Source of the DNA: Podarcis bocagei
Lineage: Eukaryota
Direction: 5' to 3' (one strand)
Assembly (NCBI GenBank): GCA_964188305.1
Contig: OZ076885.1
Length of the DNA: 64,000 nucleotides
A program made the translations under genes and the position numbers. A model generated the notes under the pieces. The model did no database searches. It saw nothing but the letters and a program-made list of their open reading frames with translations, and had not been told where the DNA came from. Numbering within the stretch: position 1 is the first letter of the stretch; each line of letters begins with the position of its first letter. Positions 24,549-39,583 of this stretch are shown here, piece after piece.

Positions 24549-27500
24549 TAAATTATGTATAGTTTAAAGAATTTAGATGTCTTCCTTTTCGTTGCGGGGT
24601 TTTTTTATTTCCCTTCCTCTTGTAACCTTTCTAGTGAGCTGCAGAAATCATAAATAGGGTTTTTTGTCTAGGGTACTGATTTATCGTAACGTAATTCTGA
24701 GATGGTAATACCGATTCCTGTAATGGAAGCTTTCTGTTAATAGGTATGAACTCTAATTTTCCCACCCTCATTCTTCCCCCTTGTTTGTCATTGTTTGCTG
24801 GGGTGGAATATCATCATAAAGCAGTTGTCCTTTCTGTCACTTGCACTTTTATTTCAAAATAAATTTCCATGATAAAAAAAACCTAAATCAGATTTTAAAT
24901 AAATGCGGGCAAGAGAGTTTCCAGTAACAGTTGGGACACATCTGCTTACAAAACGAAAGCTTCATATATATAGTATAATACAAAGATGAAGTGAATGTTG
25001 TATTGGACAGAGATTAGTAAGAAATATGTGGCACTTTTAACTGATACAGATATTGGCAAAGATTCAGCCATAAACTTGATATTGCTTGGATGTTAACTGT
25101 GACAATTTTTGGCAGCTTGACGTTCCTATTCCACCTTATGTGTTCATCTGCAGAATTTCATTTTTCAGAGACTGAAGTATTAGGCTTGATCAAGCAACAT
25201 GTGCCTCATTTACAATGATACTTCTGGTATAAAATCCTTCCTCCACCCTGTTACTTTAATGAAAAGAAGAAAGGGTATCTGGATAAAAGAGAATGCAATG
25301 TTTATTAAATAGGCAGTATGAGTCACATAAATGATTGTTTGATTTGGACATGATCACTTTTAATGCGACCCATAGTGCTTCTCTCCTATTTGTGCATAAA
25401 TAAACACACTTGGTGCAAAGGACATGTTCCATATTGTCAGCACAGAATAAAATATTTTAGATTGGTTGCCAAGGGCAAATATGCACCTGGCAAGTTACCT
25501 TAAATTTTCATAATATATTGGATCCTAAGTTGTTGACTTAAGTTCACAGAAGGAAAGTTCCCTGTTTCTCCTTGCCCTCTGGAGCCAGCTGTGCCCTCTC
25601 AAAAGCCCCCTGAGCAGTTGGGGGAGTGGGAATAAGGGGACTACTAACAGGAGGAGTGGATGGGAAACTTTTCCTTCATGTTCTTGTGTAAGTTAACTGG
25701 TTCCTGAGGTAATCCAATATATATTAGTAAACTGCTCTGAAGATCATCTTCTCTATGCCAGTGTAGATGGATGAACCTCTTAAAAAATAAAATATATTTA
25801 ATCCTACTATAGTGAAATTCAAAGAACAGCAGCTAAATCTACTATTATTTAACCTTTAGGCAAAGTTGACAGTTCATCCAGTTTTATCTACAGACATGTC
25901 TCTGTATCCCCTCCCTTGAAAAACATTCTGCTTCTCAGAACCCAGAGGTAGCTTTAGGCCAGATGTAATAGCTATAATGATGTTTTACAAATAAGTCTAT
26001 CGGTAATAAAATAGCTCAAAGTCTGTGAAATATCTCAATGTACAGGGTGTGTGTGTGTGTGGAGGGAGAGAGCTACACACAGACACTCCTTTTTTTTCTT
26101 TCAATCAGGTTGAATTTATTAACTGTTATAAATCTGAGTAGTTAATTACTGTGTACATTAAATACGTGTAATATAATTTGTTTTGGCTTACTGGGGAAAA
26201 GAACTGATTGCTTGTTCAACTATAGCCAAATTTAACAGCCAGAATCCAAAGCACCCTGTAAGCGTCTACTGTCCCAATTCATCTTGCTTTTTGCTAGTAT
26301 GGTTAGCTGCTGCTCTCTTTCCATGTGGGGAGGGCTGTCAGACACCCAGGATCTACTTCTCTGACCAGTAAAAGCCATGTATTGGAATTTAAAAGTACAG
26401 TCACTGCTAGATTATGTCAAGTTCTGCTCATAATCCGGCAGGTTCCACTCAAACCCACCCCATTGCACCATGATTCAGTCTCTTGAGCTGGCATATTAAA
26501 TTCTGGCCTTGGCCACAAAGCCATAAAGATCCTTGCTGATCACGCAGCCCATGCCAAGTGATCCGTATTATGTATGAAATATATGTAAGGAATATGGGCA
26601 CAAGCTCACTGAATAGCGGACCCCCTTGCCACATGGCAAACTGCTTTTGAAACTGTTGAAATTTTCAAAAAAAAAAGATTGTGATCTGGCATGGGATAGG
26701 TCTGGTCTGCTTTTCTTTCTTTCTTTTAAGAAAACTAGTCACTGAGTATACATCAGGAAACTCTTTGGATCCCAGCCATTGGGTTTGAATGTCTGTATCC
26801 AACTCCTATAAGTACTAGATTTTCAGAGAAGTGATGCTTGGAAGTGCCTGAGAAACTACAAGGACTTGGTTGTGGGGCTTGTTGGTCCATCATTCTTACA
26901 GAGAAACTTGCCAAACAAATATAGCCTTTAAATGGATAACATGAAGATAATATTTTTATTGAGATTTGTTATGCATTTATTGTATATTTCAATAAGAATA
27001 AGTATCGTTTACAGCCATCAACCTCATATGATAAACTTTGGCAAATTGTTCTTGAAGAACTTGTGCATTTTTATTTTTATTGGTAGCACTGTGTGTGTTA
27101 CTTTTGTTTTTGGGTAATTGTTATTTATTTACTAGTAATGTGTGTGTTTTTTAAAAAAATCTTACCCCTCAGATGTTTTCCTTTATTTAGTATAATTTGT
27201 ATGCTACAAAGTACTCCTTTGCAGGGGGCTGGGAGAGTAAAACAAGAGTCTTTGTACAATGTAGTCTTCTGAATCAATTTAATACCAGCTGCAGTAAGAA
27301 GAAATGTTGCATTTGCCTGCATGGCTGAACTCTAGCAATTTTATTCAGTAAATTAGCAGAATTGTTTGCTCATTAGCATGTTGCAGTCTGCACCTACAAT
27401 ATTTTATTCTGTGACCATTATAAAAAAGTCAGTAGAAAAAAGATTTTACACCCTTAAGTTCTCACAAAGGTATTAGAGGTTATCGAATTAGAAATATTGG

Positions 27501-28791
27501 CACCAGGTACCCATAAATAATGTTTGGGGAGAAAAGATTATGCACACACTCAAAAATGGCTGGAATGTGGCTTTTCTGACATAACAGAAAAAATGCAGGT
27601 TGTTTCTTCTTAATAGTTGTGCATAAATTACAAATGCTGCTTTTTTTTGCAGTGGCATGTTTTTAAAACAGTTAAATAGGGTGCATTTATATTCCCTTGG
27701 ACAGAGTCCAATCCTTTTGGAGAGCAAAATTTAAATAAAGCGAATTGAGAGCCTATTATAATTAAGTGACTGTGTATAAATAATGCTACGTATGCAGGAT
27801 GCCTGTATAGATTTCATAATATATATTCAATAACCTGCTTAAATGACTTTAAGCTGCATTACTCAAATCCACGTGAAGCTGTGTTGCTCATATGAATTCA
27901 TGGAAGTGTAGCAGACTTAGAGGCCATACTTCCACAAAGCACCCAGCACTTCCATAGCTGATACTGCTGATCATCTGTTTGGCAGGGGACAAAAGACCCT
28001 ATACTGGTATTTCTGTGGATCAGGGGGTATTGTCGCAGTTCAAACATCTACTGGGGGGGTATATTCATTTGAGGTAAGCAAGAACATAGCCAGTTTGTCT
28101 ATTAACTCCCACTTACAGCACCAGCTCTTACCTATGATTTACAGTTTTCCCCTGAGACGTACATTCTGGCATATAATTGTGGCACCAGATATATGGGGTT
28201 AGTGTGTAAAAGTATGAAGCTTTAAAAAGCTAAGGTCACATGGGAAGAAACATGTTTACATTGGCATGTACATTCAGATTGGTAAGAAATGAAATTGGCT
28301 GCTTGCTGCACACAAAGTGTGCGTGCGTGCATGCACATTCAAACATATTTGGAAAACTAGAAAAATAATTACTCTTTTATGTATAGTCTGCCCAAGTGAC
28401 ATTGCTTTCAAAAATGATCCAAAAGCCCTCTGACACAGGATATAATGGGCACTCTTTTTTTTCTTTTTTAAAATATATATTTTATTCAGGATTTTCTTGT
28501 TTTACAGAAGTGTAGTGCCTCGTATTTGTAAAAATGTTACATGGGCACTCTTTTCTGCATTGAATGATAGTGGTTGGCCATTTTCTCCTCATTAGTCCTT
28601 TTGGTAGGCCCGTGTGTCTGTTTCTGCATCCATTTTATCCAGATTGTTCTTGAACTTCATCACGTCCAATTATGGAGATGCTGAAAAATGGTTAAGCAAA
28701 CATTAAGCAGTTACTGAATTTTTTTGAACTAATTTTATTAACTTTTTTTTAAAAAAAGCATGTCATCACAAAAATAGTATTTTACTTTCAG

Positions 28792-29001
28792 GAGCAAACC
28801 GTGTGACACTACAAGATGCCAACATTCTTCAGCCAATGGGACTGACAGTATTGGGAAATCATCTCTACTGGATTGACCGCCAGCAGCAGATGATAGAAAG
28901 AGCTGAGAAAACTAATGGGTACAAGAGGACAAGAATACAAGGTCGAATAGTTCATCTAACTGGCATTCATGCAGTTGAAGACGTCGACATGGAGGAATTT
29001 T
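28792..29001 (+). CDS. LRP5: LRP5 exon 16 equivalent
   Basis: ag/gt, 210 nt; [11 protein letters not shown]...[12 protein letters not shown]. Confidence 0.95.
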
Positions 29002-30272
29002 GTAAGTTTATTACAGAGCTAGATATTTCAGATTTCTGCAGTGATACATTCTCCTTGATGCTTTAGACTTTTAAGCACAATATACATGGGCATCTTCCTT
29101 CTCAGCTCGCTGACCAAGGCCATGAGGTCACTACTAATAGGATAGAACTTAAGCAGGTATTGTTGCTGTGTTCTAGTGTGCGATATTTTGATTATTTAAA
29201 GATGTACCTCGGGAATATAGAAGTTACTGTTAGAAAAATATGACCTATTTCTACCCTGAAGAAATTAGTTGGATACAGGTTAGTTTATCTACAATTAGTT
29301 GCAGATAAATACTTTTTTTTTGGGGGGGGGGGAGAAAGCACTAAGTAAAGGTCCAGATTTTCACTCCCTGGATCACAAGAGCTTTCTTGGTATCTCATAA
29401 CATTTACCAGTGTCTTAGATGCTCTGCATATGACAATAGCTGGCAGTTAAATCAACTTGTCCTGCATAAGAATTAATCGACCATCTTTTTCCTGTCTTAT
29501 TTCACACCATCATTACCATGGCAGTGGCAAATACCTTTTGTAAATCTGAAAACAAATAAAAAAGGCTTGATTCCTTGTTAAGTGGCAAATTTACATTGCA
29601 AATGCATGTGATATATTTTAATGGCAAGCTTTGTGTATTCACTCACACTTGAAAAGAATATTGCCCTTGAGCACTGAGAAGCACAGCAAAACCTGTTACA
29701 TCAAACACTTTTAAGGGGTAAAACTTGTTTTTTTGGTGGTCAGTGATTTATGCAAGGGCATCACAAGTTCACATGTTAAATGTTGACTACCAAAAGCAGT
29801 ATAAGCATGGTGAACTACAGAATTGTCCACTTAGCTGCACCAGAAAGAAAGAGGTGGCATTACTACTATGCCTACTACTACCAAAGAACAAAAAACCCCT
29901 TAAAACATAGATGTCATTGTTCAGTCCCTTAACACATAAATGCTATTGCTTGAAAATGGCACTAAACCTTGTGATAATGTTTAGTTCCCCCCCTCCCTGA
30001 TCTTGTCCTCCCCACACACAGAAACAAAAATAACATTTCAGGAGTATATTCTTTTATGTAAACCCTTTTGAGGGTTCCGCTCAAATATTTAAAAAATTAT
30101 ATATACATTTCAATTGATAAATAAAATTCTGATTGTGTAATTTGATGCAACATGATATTTGGACTTCAAACATCATATGTACTACTAGTAGTACCTAGTA
30201 GTAGTAGCAGTAGTAGTAGTAGCAGCAGCAGCAGCAGTTTTACTTATTATCCACCCTTCCTCCTTGCCATAG

Positions 30273-30461
<189 letters not shown>

Positions 30462-30842
30462 TGACCTAAGTGGAAGTTTTCTGTATGTGCTTTCCGCAGA
30501 ACTTAAGAAGTTCTTTAGATTCCAGTAGGCAAGCACATTTAGATGTCTTTGTTCTACAGGCTTTGTTTCTTTATGGGTGGAATTCCTATAAAGCTCATGC
30601 ACACAATTCCCCTGGTGTTTGCCCCCAAATCTGACTGATACAGATTCAAAAGAAACTCAAGCCATGTTTTCTCATGATTATTGCAAATATTAGACTGTTT
30701 TTTACTATCTCCAAGGATGTGGATAGGCTGCTTGGACAAAAAGTGGATACTTTTCACCCACTCTCCTGTCTTGCTCGGGCTTCATGCAACCCTGGACAAC
30801 ATTTGATGCCCCCTTCTTCCACTGCTAGCTTAGGGTAGGAGG

Positions 30843-30969
30843 CGTGAGGGCTCTGACAGGGTCCTAGAGTCTTCCCACCTCCTTCCCAAAACCTAATTAG
30901 CACTCCTCCCCGCCCCCCTCTTGGGTAAGGAGGTGGGAAGGCTCTAAGACCCTGTCAGAACCTTGCACG
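30843..30969. repeat. Imperfect inverted repeat (~45-bp arms), probably a MITE core
   Basis: ctctgacagggtcctagagtcttcccacctcctt pairs with aaggaggtgggaaggctctaagaccctgtcagaa. Confidence 0.75.
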
Positions 30970-32588
30970 TTCTTCCCAAAAATTGGCGCCTCGACGTAGC
31001 TGGCTTTGAAAAGGCAAGCGCCCCTATTCTTGCAGCCCGCTTGGCATGAAAAGTTGGACTGTCCTGGTATAGGGAATACATAGCATACAGGACTATGTTA
31101 AGTGCTGGTGCTTGTGGTATTAACAAAAAATGGATGCTGTGCCTGGCACTTGCAGAAGCACTTTCCACTGTTTTAAAGTCATTGTGTGCAAACCTCTGTG
31201 CTTAGTCTTCTGAGTTCCTCAGTAAACTTACAGCCTGTTTCTTGGGGAACAAAGGGACTCTCCTGCTTCAGGAATAAACAGGAGCCTTCTCTCAGGAGCT
31301 GATGCTGGCTCTGGCTGTTCGTAGTTGTCTGGTGAGCCTAAATTTCATATGAAATTAGGCCACTTTTTAGGAGTTCTGCTTTCAGTTTCGAAAAGAGGAC
31401 TTGGGTTTCTGAGTCTTTTCCTGGAAGCTTAACAGTTGTTGTTACTCCTTGGCAGTCAAAGGAGAGGGGGTGGGGAGTAGCATAATCATTGTGTGGTAGT
31501 TAGATGCAAAACATCATTAAAAGGAACTGATGCCATGTTACTCAACAGCAGCATATTTTGAGCTCCAACATTTTCTCAGTTCGAGTTTTAAGTACTTTGT
31601 TTGTGACATTGTTTCTGTCACCCCTGCCTATAGCCTACTTTTCTTTTGCCGCTGATATATATATATATATTTACTTATTTGTGGTTGTGTTTTCTGGAGA
31701 AATGAGCATCTCATCTCTTAAGGAAAGAATCTTCTCCAGCATTTCAGCTTACTACTTCTCTTCTTAAGTTTACTTTGGAATGCTTGTTTCTCTTAAATGG
31801 CATATTTGCTAGGACTATGAGCTCCCCAGGGAGAGTAATTTCCCTTATAAACAATTTCTGTCTCATGACCACAACATGGTCTGTGGTACCGGGGTTTTTG
31901 CATCTATTCTACAAATGAAGAAAGAGAGTCTATTTTGCCCATGTTTCTCAACTTGCAAGAGGTTTCCAGAGCCTTTCCTCCTATTGGCATGTTGCATTTT
32001 GCTTTGATTGCAATAAATCCATGTCTTCGCCTATTCTTTCCTAATCATTTTACTCTGATCTTGTTCTGTGTCCTGGATACAGCAATTTTAAGCACAGAGC
32101 TAGCCTCATCTTGCAATAATAGCTTGATATTATCTACTGCCTTTTTTTTTCTTCTTCTTCATATTTTTGATCTGCTTTCATTTGCATTATAACACTGTGA
32201 AGGGCAAACATCTCCACTAGGACAAGCATGGAAAGTGAGGGCGAAGAACCAATCTACATTTGCATTTGCTACAAATGTTTGTGGTCTTGTGAGTGGCAAA
32301 TCTTAGTTGCTGTTTTATTTCCTGAGGCTTCCTAATTCATGAGTCCCTACATTAACTACATTCTTAGAATTCAAACACGGTGCTTATACTAATAATAATT
32401 TAATTTTTAAGCACTGAATTTGCTTGAATTTTCTCCCTCTTCCCTATAAGAGCCTTGATGCTGTTTCAAGATCTAATACAAGATTTTGTTTGTGTGGTTA
32501 AATGCTTTAAAGTGTTTTAAATTGGTTTAATCTCTTGGAAAACATGAAAAGAATTTGATGATGTTTTGTTTTTAATTCCCTTCCCCAG

Positions 32589-32825
32589 AGCCTCCCACAT
32601 GTTCTCCAGACCAGTTTACCTGTGCAACTGGGGAGATAGACTGCATCCCTATGGCATGGCGATGTGATGGGTTTCCTGAATGTGATGATCAGAGTGATGA
32701 AGACAGCTGCCCAATTTGTTCAGCGTCCCAGTTCCAGTGTGAGAAAGGGCAGTGCGTTGATGCACGTCTGAGATGTAATGGAGAAATTGATTGCCAAGAT
32801 AAATCTGATGAAGCTGATTGTGAAA
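32589..32825 (+). CDS. LRP5: LRP5 exon 18 equivalent (LDL-A 1-2)
   Basis: ag/gt, 237 nt; [13 protein letters not shown]. Confidence 0.95.
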
Positions 32826-33262
32826 GTAAGACCTGTTACCTTAATCTTTTAGCAAGTTGACTAAAGGCACTTCTGGGCATTTCTGGGAACAACAGTGATA
32901 GCAGGCAAACAGGAAGTGGAAGTAATTATTTGAAGTCATACTTGGCTGTTATAGGAGTTTAGAGCACCCATCAGTGTTTTGTCAGTGGCAGATTTGCCTC
33001 CCATGCCACCTTGAGTCACATGTCATAGGGTGTTCAAACTGCAGCCATATTTCATTGGTTGTCCATGTCAGCTGAGGTGTAGCACTCACACGTCGGCAAA
33101 ATGCAGACTCTGAACAGCAGGTTGTTAACCGTTTTTCTCCTTAGAACTTGACAGTGAAGCATGTTTTGTTTCTATAAATAAAATGTAAATTTGTGCAGTT
33201 TGGAGGTGCTTAAAAACTGTTGTCTGGCTTCATGGTAATGATCTGTTCATCATTTTATTTGA

Positions 33263-33463
<201 letters not shown>

Positions 33464-35008
33464 TGAGAGGTTGCCCCTGGGTCTAAGATGGTAAACCCAG
33501 TTCTTTTACTACTGGGTTGGAGCCAGATGCTTCTCGCAGCTCTGTGTGTGTACACTTAAACATGTAATATCCTTTTAACAGTACCCTGCAATGTTCAGAA
33601 ATCTGTCTTGTTTAAAAACAACAGTAAACCCTAGCCCAATCCGCATCCTGTCAAGGAACTACTGTGCTGTAGTCAGGCCCCCAACAAAATGTAGCCCAAC
33701 AGCAATTATCAAAAGGCCAAAGCGGATGCAATTATTTTTGTCTGAGCCTTTGGTGGCTGCTCAAATTGGCTTCAGTCCCTGCATGGTTTATATTAACCAT
33801 AAGTTCTTTGAGAGGCTTTTTGAATGTAGATAGTCTGATAATTCTGTTCTCTGAGCCCTGGGACCCATGTGAGGAAAAGACCACAGATAGCAGCACTGAG
33901 ATAATCGCAGAAGGCTTATAAGGGGAATTGAACAGGGAGAATAAAGGGGCTGTTCTCTGTCTCAGTGGCTGTAGTTAACAACTTTAAACTGCAGCAGAAG
34001 TCACTTTATGTGAACTAAAATAATTGGGCCTGTATGATGAAATGCTTCAGATGATTTGTTAGCCTTAAAAATAAATATTTATTTGCTGGACCATAAGGCT
34101 CGCTGGATGACCATGAGCCCATCACAAACGTTCATCCTCACCTACCGCATAGATGGATAAAATGATATTAAAAATGTTAAGCCCCTTTACATATTGAAAA
34201 AGGCTACAGAAGCTGTTGCTAATAGAACACACGTGTGATTTTTATTATTATTATCATGCCTTCCAGCAGGTCCAGAATTTAGGAGCTGCTGAGTGGTATT
34301 CTCAGGCCACCTTCACGGGGGTTTTGTTTGGGGGGGGGTTGACATAGCATCCTCCATCAGTCCCCTTCTATGTTGCCTGACATATGTGAATATGCCTGGC
34401 GGCGGCAGCAGGAATCTAGAAGCTAGGTGTTCTGAGGCACTGTGGGAAATTTTAAATGGCGGCACACAGCTGTCAACCATTAAAGTGAAAAGGGGTGTCT
34501 CTACTGAAAGGCTACAACTAAATGAGCATCACACATCATCTTGCCTCAGCACAAAGATAGATTTGTTTCAGCCCTAACTTTGGGGACTGATTCAAAGATT
34601 GGGGGGACGGGGGACGGGGACAAGCAGTATGATGAATTAGGGAATACAAGCTGCGGGGAAGAATTTTTATACCTCACCCAGGGAAGGGTACTTCTGGTTC
34701 TCATTATTACAGCACAGCTTTTCCAGAGAGAAATTGGTAGGCAAATTTTAGGGCAAGCGGGAGAGAGTTGCATCTCTATGCATCTGAATTCTCAAACTAT
34801 GTCAACCGAGCTTCTCTGTGGATGTCCTTCATAGTTTGAAAAGTAGCTCCAAATGTAAACATCCATGGTCCTGAGTGACACTGGTAATATATATGTTGTG
34901 AGGAAATGGGGTGAAATATATATTTATGAATATGCTGTCATCTGGCTTCCTTTCAGAGCATTTACATCTAATTTTAATTAATTAACTTCTTGTTTTGTTT
35001 TTTTACAG

Positions 35009-35245
35009 CAAAAAGTAAATCGCCTCCCGATGAGTCACAGCCCCACAGCAGTGCTATTGGGCCTGTCATTGGTATCATTCTTACCCTTTTCGTTATGGGA
35101 TCAATGTACTTCGTTTGCCAACGAGTGGTATGTCAGCGCTATGCTGGACCCAATGGACCTTTCCCACACGAATACGTCAGTGGCACTCCTCATGTCCCTT
35201 TAAATTTTATCGCTCCAGGGAGTTCTCAGCATGGCACATTCACTG
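35009..35245 (+). CDS. LRP5: LRP5 exon 20 equivalent (transmembrane helix)
   Basis: ag/gt, 237 nt; [19 protein letters not shown]...[12 protein letters not shown]5-like rather than LRP6-like. Confidence 0.95.
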
Positions 35246-35860
35246 GTAAGGATGGTACCTTATTGTTATCTTTTTTGTTCACCCCCACCCCATCCCCTTA
35301 GCTTCTCAATGTGTCAAATAGCAATTGAATGATGCTGCGTGATCGCCATCGTACTGTGCCCATTGTGTTATATTGGAGTACATTAGCTACTGCGCATGTT
35401 ACAGGCGCCTGTCTTGCATCATCCAGAAGTCAGGCATTTAGTGTCATTGGTGATGTTGGCACGCTCCGCAGCAGGTGCGCATGGTGTGCGCACATCGCCT
35501 GGTCCCAGACCCCTCGATCGCAGGGGCAAGCCGGCGCTCTTTGATTCCCGCAATGCAAAAGCAAGTGAGGATTGTGTGGAGTAGGGGTGTGGCCTGAGGA
35601 GAGGGGGCGTGGCCTGCGAAGCATCCCAAGGACCAGATAGCCCAGAGGACCACCTACAGGCCTGAGGTTCGCTGCCCCAGGCTTAGGGCATTCTCCGATA
35701 GTCCATTACATTAAAAAATAGAAATGGAGCTTTGTAGTGAAAGGAGGAGTGTTGCACAACATCTGCATATGAAGTATCTCGAGGACTGCTTTGATTTAAC
35801 TGTGTAGAAGAGCTAGACAAGTTGACCTTTGTTCCATTTCCCCCCCTTACATCCGTATAG

Positions 35861-36000
35861 GCATCTCTTGTGGAAAATCTATGATCAGCTCCATGAGCCT
35901 GATGGGGGGAAGTAGCGGTGCCCCTCTTTATGACAGAAACCACGTAACTGGGGCCTCCTCTAGTAGCTCATCCAGCACTAAAGCCACCTTCTATCCACAG
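35861..36000 (+). CDS. LRP5: LRP5 exon 21 equivalent
   Basis: ag/gt, 140 nt; [18 protein letters not shown]. Confidence 0.95.
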
Positions 36001-36474
36001 GTAAGGTTTCAAAATGCTATGTTTCCCGTTTTGTGCCCCTATCTCCACATTTATGACTCAGAAATAAGCCTCTGCTGTTAGGAATGAGCTAGTTTGTTTG
36101 TTTTTTATTTTTACCCTTCCAAGTTGCTGGCTATGAGTTGCAGGCCAGCCTAATGTCCTCTGAAGTTGTCTGGCATTCTCTTCTTCAGTTCACTGAGCAA
36201 TAATGAGGCTTTACTCTTCAGAAAAATTCCCAGAGAAGTCAGGATGATCACTGAGCCTGATAATGAGTAAACACGAGTGTTAGATTTTATAGCACACATT
36301 TTTTTGTTCAGATAATGACCTTTGAGAACATTCCTCTGAGTGTCTGCGGTTTTGTTTCTCCCCCACCCCCTACCTATGTGTAATCATTCTTTTCCTTGTG
36401 AACTTTCTGAGGTTGCAGACCTAGTAAGGCAGTTAGCAGCACAGTGTCGTCCCACAGGCATGTGCCAAAGTAAG

Positions 36475-36477
<3 letters not shown>

Positions 36478-36536
<59 letters not shown>
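36478..36536. repeat. (GA)n microsatellite
   Basis: Direct reading. Confidence 0.95.
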
Positions 36537-36539
<3 letters not shown>

Positions 36540-37887
36540 GTCAGAGATGATGGGGAGTCTCAGAAGTCAAACGTTTCTCCTGCTGTTTATTTGCATTGAT
36601 TTTTGTCTTGGATCTCTGTGAACTGACCCAAATCCTCTGAATCCTCTTCTCATAAATGAGAAAACAGCCATTGTTATAGAGAAAGCAAGAGGATAGGAGA
36701 AACGACTGTGATGAATCCAAAAGAGAGCAGACTTGACTGGTTGGTCCAGCACAGTCAATTGATTCTGTTGTATGCTTCAGAAGCCGTCATAAGGGTACTG
36801 CCCTGCCCCACAAACCCTCAGTCAGCTGTGCCCTTGTCCCAGTTATTCATGGCAACTCCGGGTCAAACTGGACGTTACAAGCTGCTTCTTCATTCTGCTG
36901 CTGGCTCTTGTGACCTTGAGCAAGTGAATCCAAGTTGCTCTTGTCAAAGCTAGGATGGACTGAGTGACGTTATGACATTTTCCTGCAGGGCAGAAGCAAT
37001 GAATGGCAAGTGGCCAAACTCTTCTTTCTGCCCTTTATAAATGGGGAAAGCAATGACTGAAGGCTACCTTTTTAAGATCATCCAAAGAAGAGCAGCAGAA
37101 ACCCTTACAATTTTTAGAAGTCACAAATTTTAAAGAAACTTTTTTTAAAAGCAGTTTTAGGATGCAAATGCCTTTAGATTTATAAGAGAGAAATTTGAGA
37201 AAGCAAATGAAGTCTGTGTGTAAGACTCTGGCAAACAAATGAGCTAAAGAACAGAAGAAAAAACCATTTTAAAAATGGGAAAGGTATGACCATACTAATC
37301 CCTTGAAGAAATTTCAGCCACAATTTGCATTTTAAAAAGCTATATGGCTAAGACCAGTTGGAAATGAAAAGGGTAGAGGGATTCTTAAATAGACCAGGTA
37401 TTGTTAAAATTTGTAAAAAGATGTATTGATCCAGCAACCTATGAAGAAGTCCAAAACATAACCAAAACAAAGAAAAATAGCAGTTCATAAGGAATGGACA
37501 GTTTCAAAACCACTTGCTGTGCATACAGAAGGTTCAATGTTAAATGCGTTGTTTTTCCAGTTAACAAAATGTTTCTTTGAGGCCCAGGGAAGGCAAGCAG
37601 TTTACTAGTAAATCTATTAGCAACAAAGTTAGTGGTTTCTAGGACAGTACATGTTTAAGTTTACAGTCAGAAACAATTGATGCGTGTTAGTAACATGGTT
37701 CTGTCATTCTAATAAGAAGTAAGGATTTAGAGCAGACTCATACAACCTTTGTACTCCCGTTATCAAGGCTACGCGAGGCAACTTTGTGAAAAACAGTTTT
37801 TGTGAACCTTTGTACACAAGAGCCAGGGTGATTTCTCTTGGTAGCCTGACTTGGACAAAGAAAAATACTTATTTTATCCTTCCACAG

Positions 37888-37985
37888 ATTCTGAATCCAC
37901 CGCCTTCACCAGCCACTGATCGCTCCCTCTATAACACAGAAATGTTCTATTCTTCAAACATTCCTTCAACAACAAGATCTTACAG
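37888..37985 (+). CDS. LRP5: LRP5 exon 22 equivalent (first PPPSP motif)
   Basis: ag/gt, 98 nt; [10 protein letters not shown]. Confidence 0.95.
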
Positions 37986-38331
37986 GTAAGCTCCCTTTTG
38001 AATTCTTCATAGCAAGGTGATGTCAGTGAACCAGAATGAACTTCCTCAAAGTTCAGCCTTCAAAAGCTTGAAAGGCTCTTCCCTCATTCAGTTTCCAATC
38101 TACTCTTAGGTTTAACATGAATCAACTTTTGTTATAGTCTTGAATTTATTTCTCTCTCTCTAATGCGTATGCTTTAGCTGTCACCTTATTATATTTTGAT
38201 TGTCAGGATCCCAGAATTGGGATCTAGGCCTGTTTACAGGTATACTGAAAACAGGCTACCAAGAATGAAGTGTTTTAGCCTTGGCCTGGCTATGCCCACA
38301 ACTCTGCCCTTAGGAGTAACGTCCTTTCCAT

Positions 38332-38482
38332 CAGGCGTGCCAACTTGAATAAAATATTGTGGGTAAGCCCCGCCCCACATAATCGATCACATGGTGCAGT
38401 GCACACACACCATTTGAATGGGAATGCCCATCAACTTTGTGGGGGCCGAAGCTCCCACAAGCCCTAGGAGTTGGCTCCAATG
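38332..38482. mobile_element. Older hAT-like MITE
   Basis: Degenerate TIR ca....gccaact / agttggc....tg; 7/8 TSD ctttccat / ctttccgt. Confidence 0.5.
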
Positions 38483-38530
38483 CTTTCCGTGACCTACACT
38501 AGAGCTTCTCTTTTCTTCACCAAGTGTTTC

Positions 38531-38834
38531 CCCAGCCACTCTGGGTGGCTCCCAATCGAGTGTTAAAAACAATACAGCATTCAATATTAAAAACTTCCCT
38601 AAACAGGGCTGCCTTCAGATGTCTTTTAAAAATAGGATAGCTGCTTATTTCCTTGACATCTGATGGGAGGGCGTTCCACAGGGCGGGCGCCACTACTGAG
38701 AAGGCCCTGTCTGGTTCCCTGTAACCTCGCTTCGCACAATGAGAGAACCACCAGAAGGCCCTCGGAGCTGGACCTCAGTGTCCGGGCTGAATGATGGGGG
38801 TGGAGACGCTCCTTCAGGTATACAGGACCGAGGC
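38531..38834 (-). mobile_element. L2-type LINE 3' fragment
   Basis: - strand reads LGPVYLKERLHPHHSARTLRSSSEGLL..., typical of the ORF2 C-terminus of squamate L2. Confidence 0.75.
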
Positions 38835-39204
38835 AAACTAAAGGGCTGGCTGGGAAATATGTGCAAACTGGCATGCACAGTCTGTTTCTCTCCAAACAGA
38901 TCATGAGCAGAAGGTTTGAACAGGCAAGGTTTATACTTGGCTTAGCAACTGTTGTTTGAGAGATAGAGGAAGCCTCTGGTTTGTTTCTCTCACGGCATGG
39001 CAAAGGCAAGAGCGGTGGTGGGGTGAAGCAGGCAAACCAGAGTTTATTTCTAATTATGGCAATGTGACATGCAAATAAAACCCGCTATCACAGCTGCCTC
39101 CTTCAGCTGACCATATTGATGCAGACAAAGAGGAAGAATAACTCCTTTTCCTGCTACGGAGCATATTTTTTTACTATGCAACTAACTTTGATTTTCTCTT
39201 TCAG

Positions 39205-39466
39205 GCCCTATCTTATACGGGGGATAGCTCCACCAACCACTCCGTGCAGCACTGATGTCTGTGACAGTGACTACACCACGAGCCGGTGGAAAGCCAATAA
39301 ATACTACATAGACCTAAATTCAGACTCAGACCCTTACCCCCCTCCTCCTACCCCTCGCAGCCAGTATATGTCAGCGGAAGAGAGCTGCCCGCCGTCTCCC
39401 GCCACAGAGCGAAGTTACTTCCACCTCTACCCGCCTCCCCCGTCCCCTTGTACAGACTCTTCATGA
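39205..39466 (+). CDS. LRP5: LRP5 last coding exon (exon 23 equivalent; remaining PPP(S/T)P Axin-binding motifs, stop)
   Basis: ag acceptor; [33 protein letters not shown]. Confidence 0.97.
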
Positions 39467-39577
39467 TTTCAGCAGAAGGAACTTATCTTTTTCCTGTAAA
39501 TATATTTTAAATATGAACACAGATTTTTAAATATATATTTTATGATCAAAAAATGGGGCGGGAACTTTAAAAATGTG

Positions 39578-39583
39578 AATAAA
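39578..39583 (+). terminator. Candidate LRP5 polyadenylation signal AATAAA
   Basis: First AATAAA after the stop, with a GT/T-rich tract about 50 nt downstream. Confidence 0.45.
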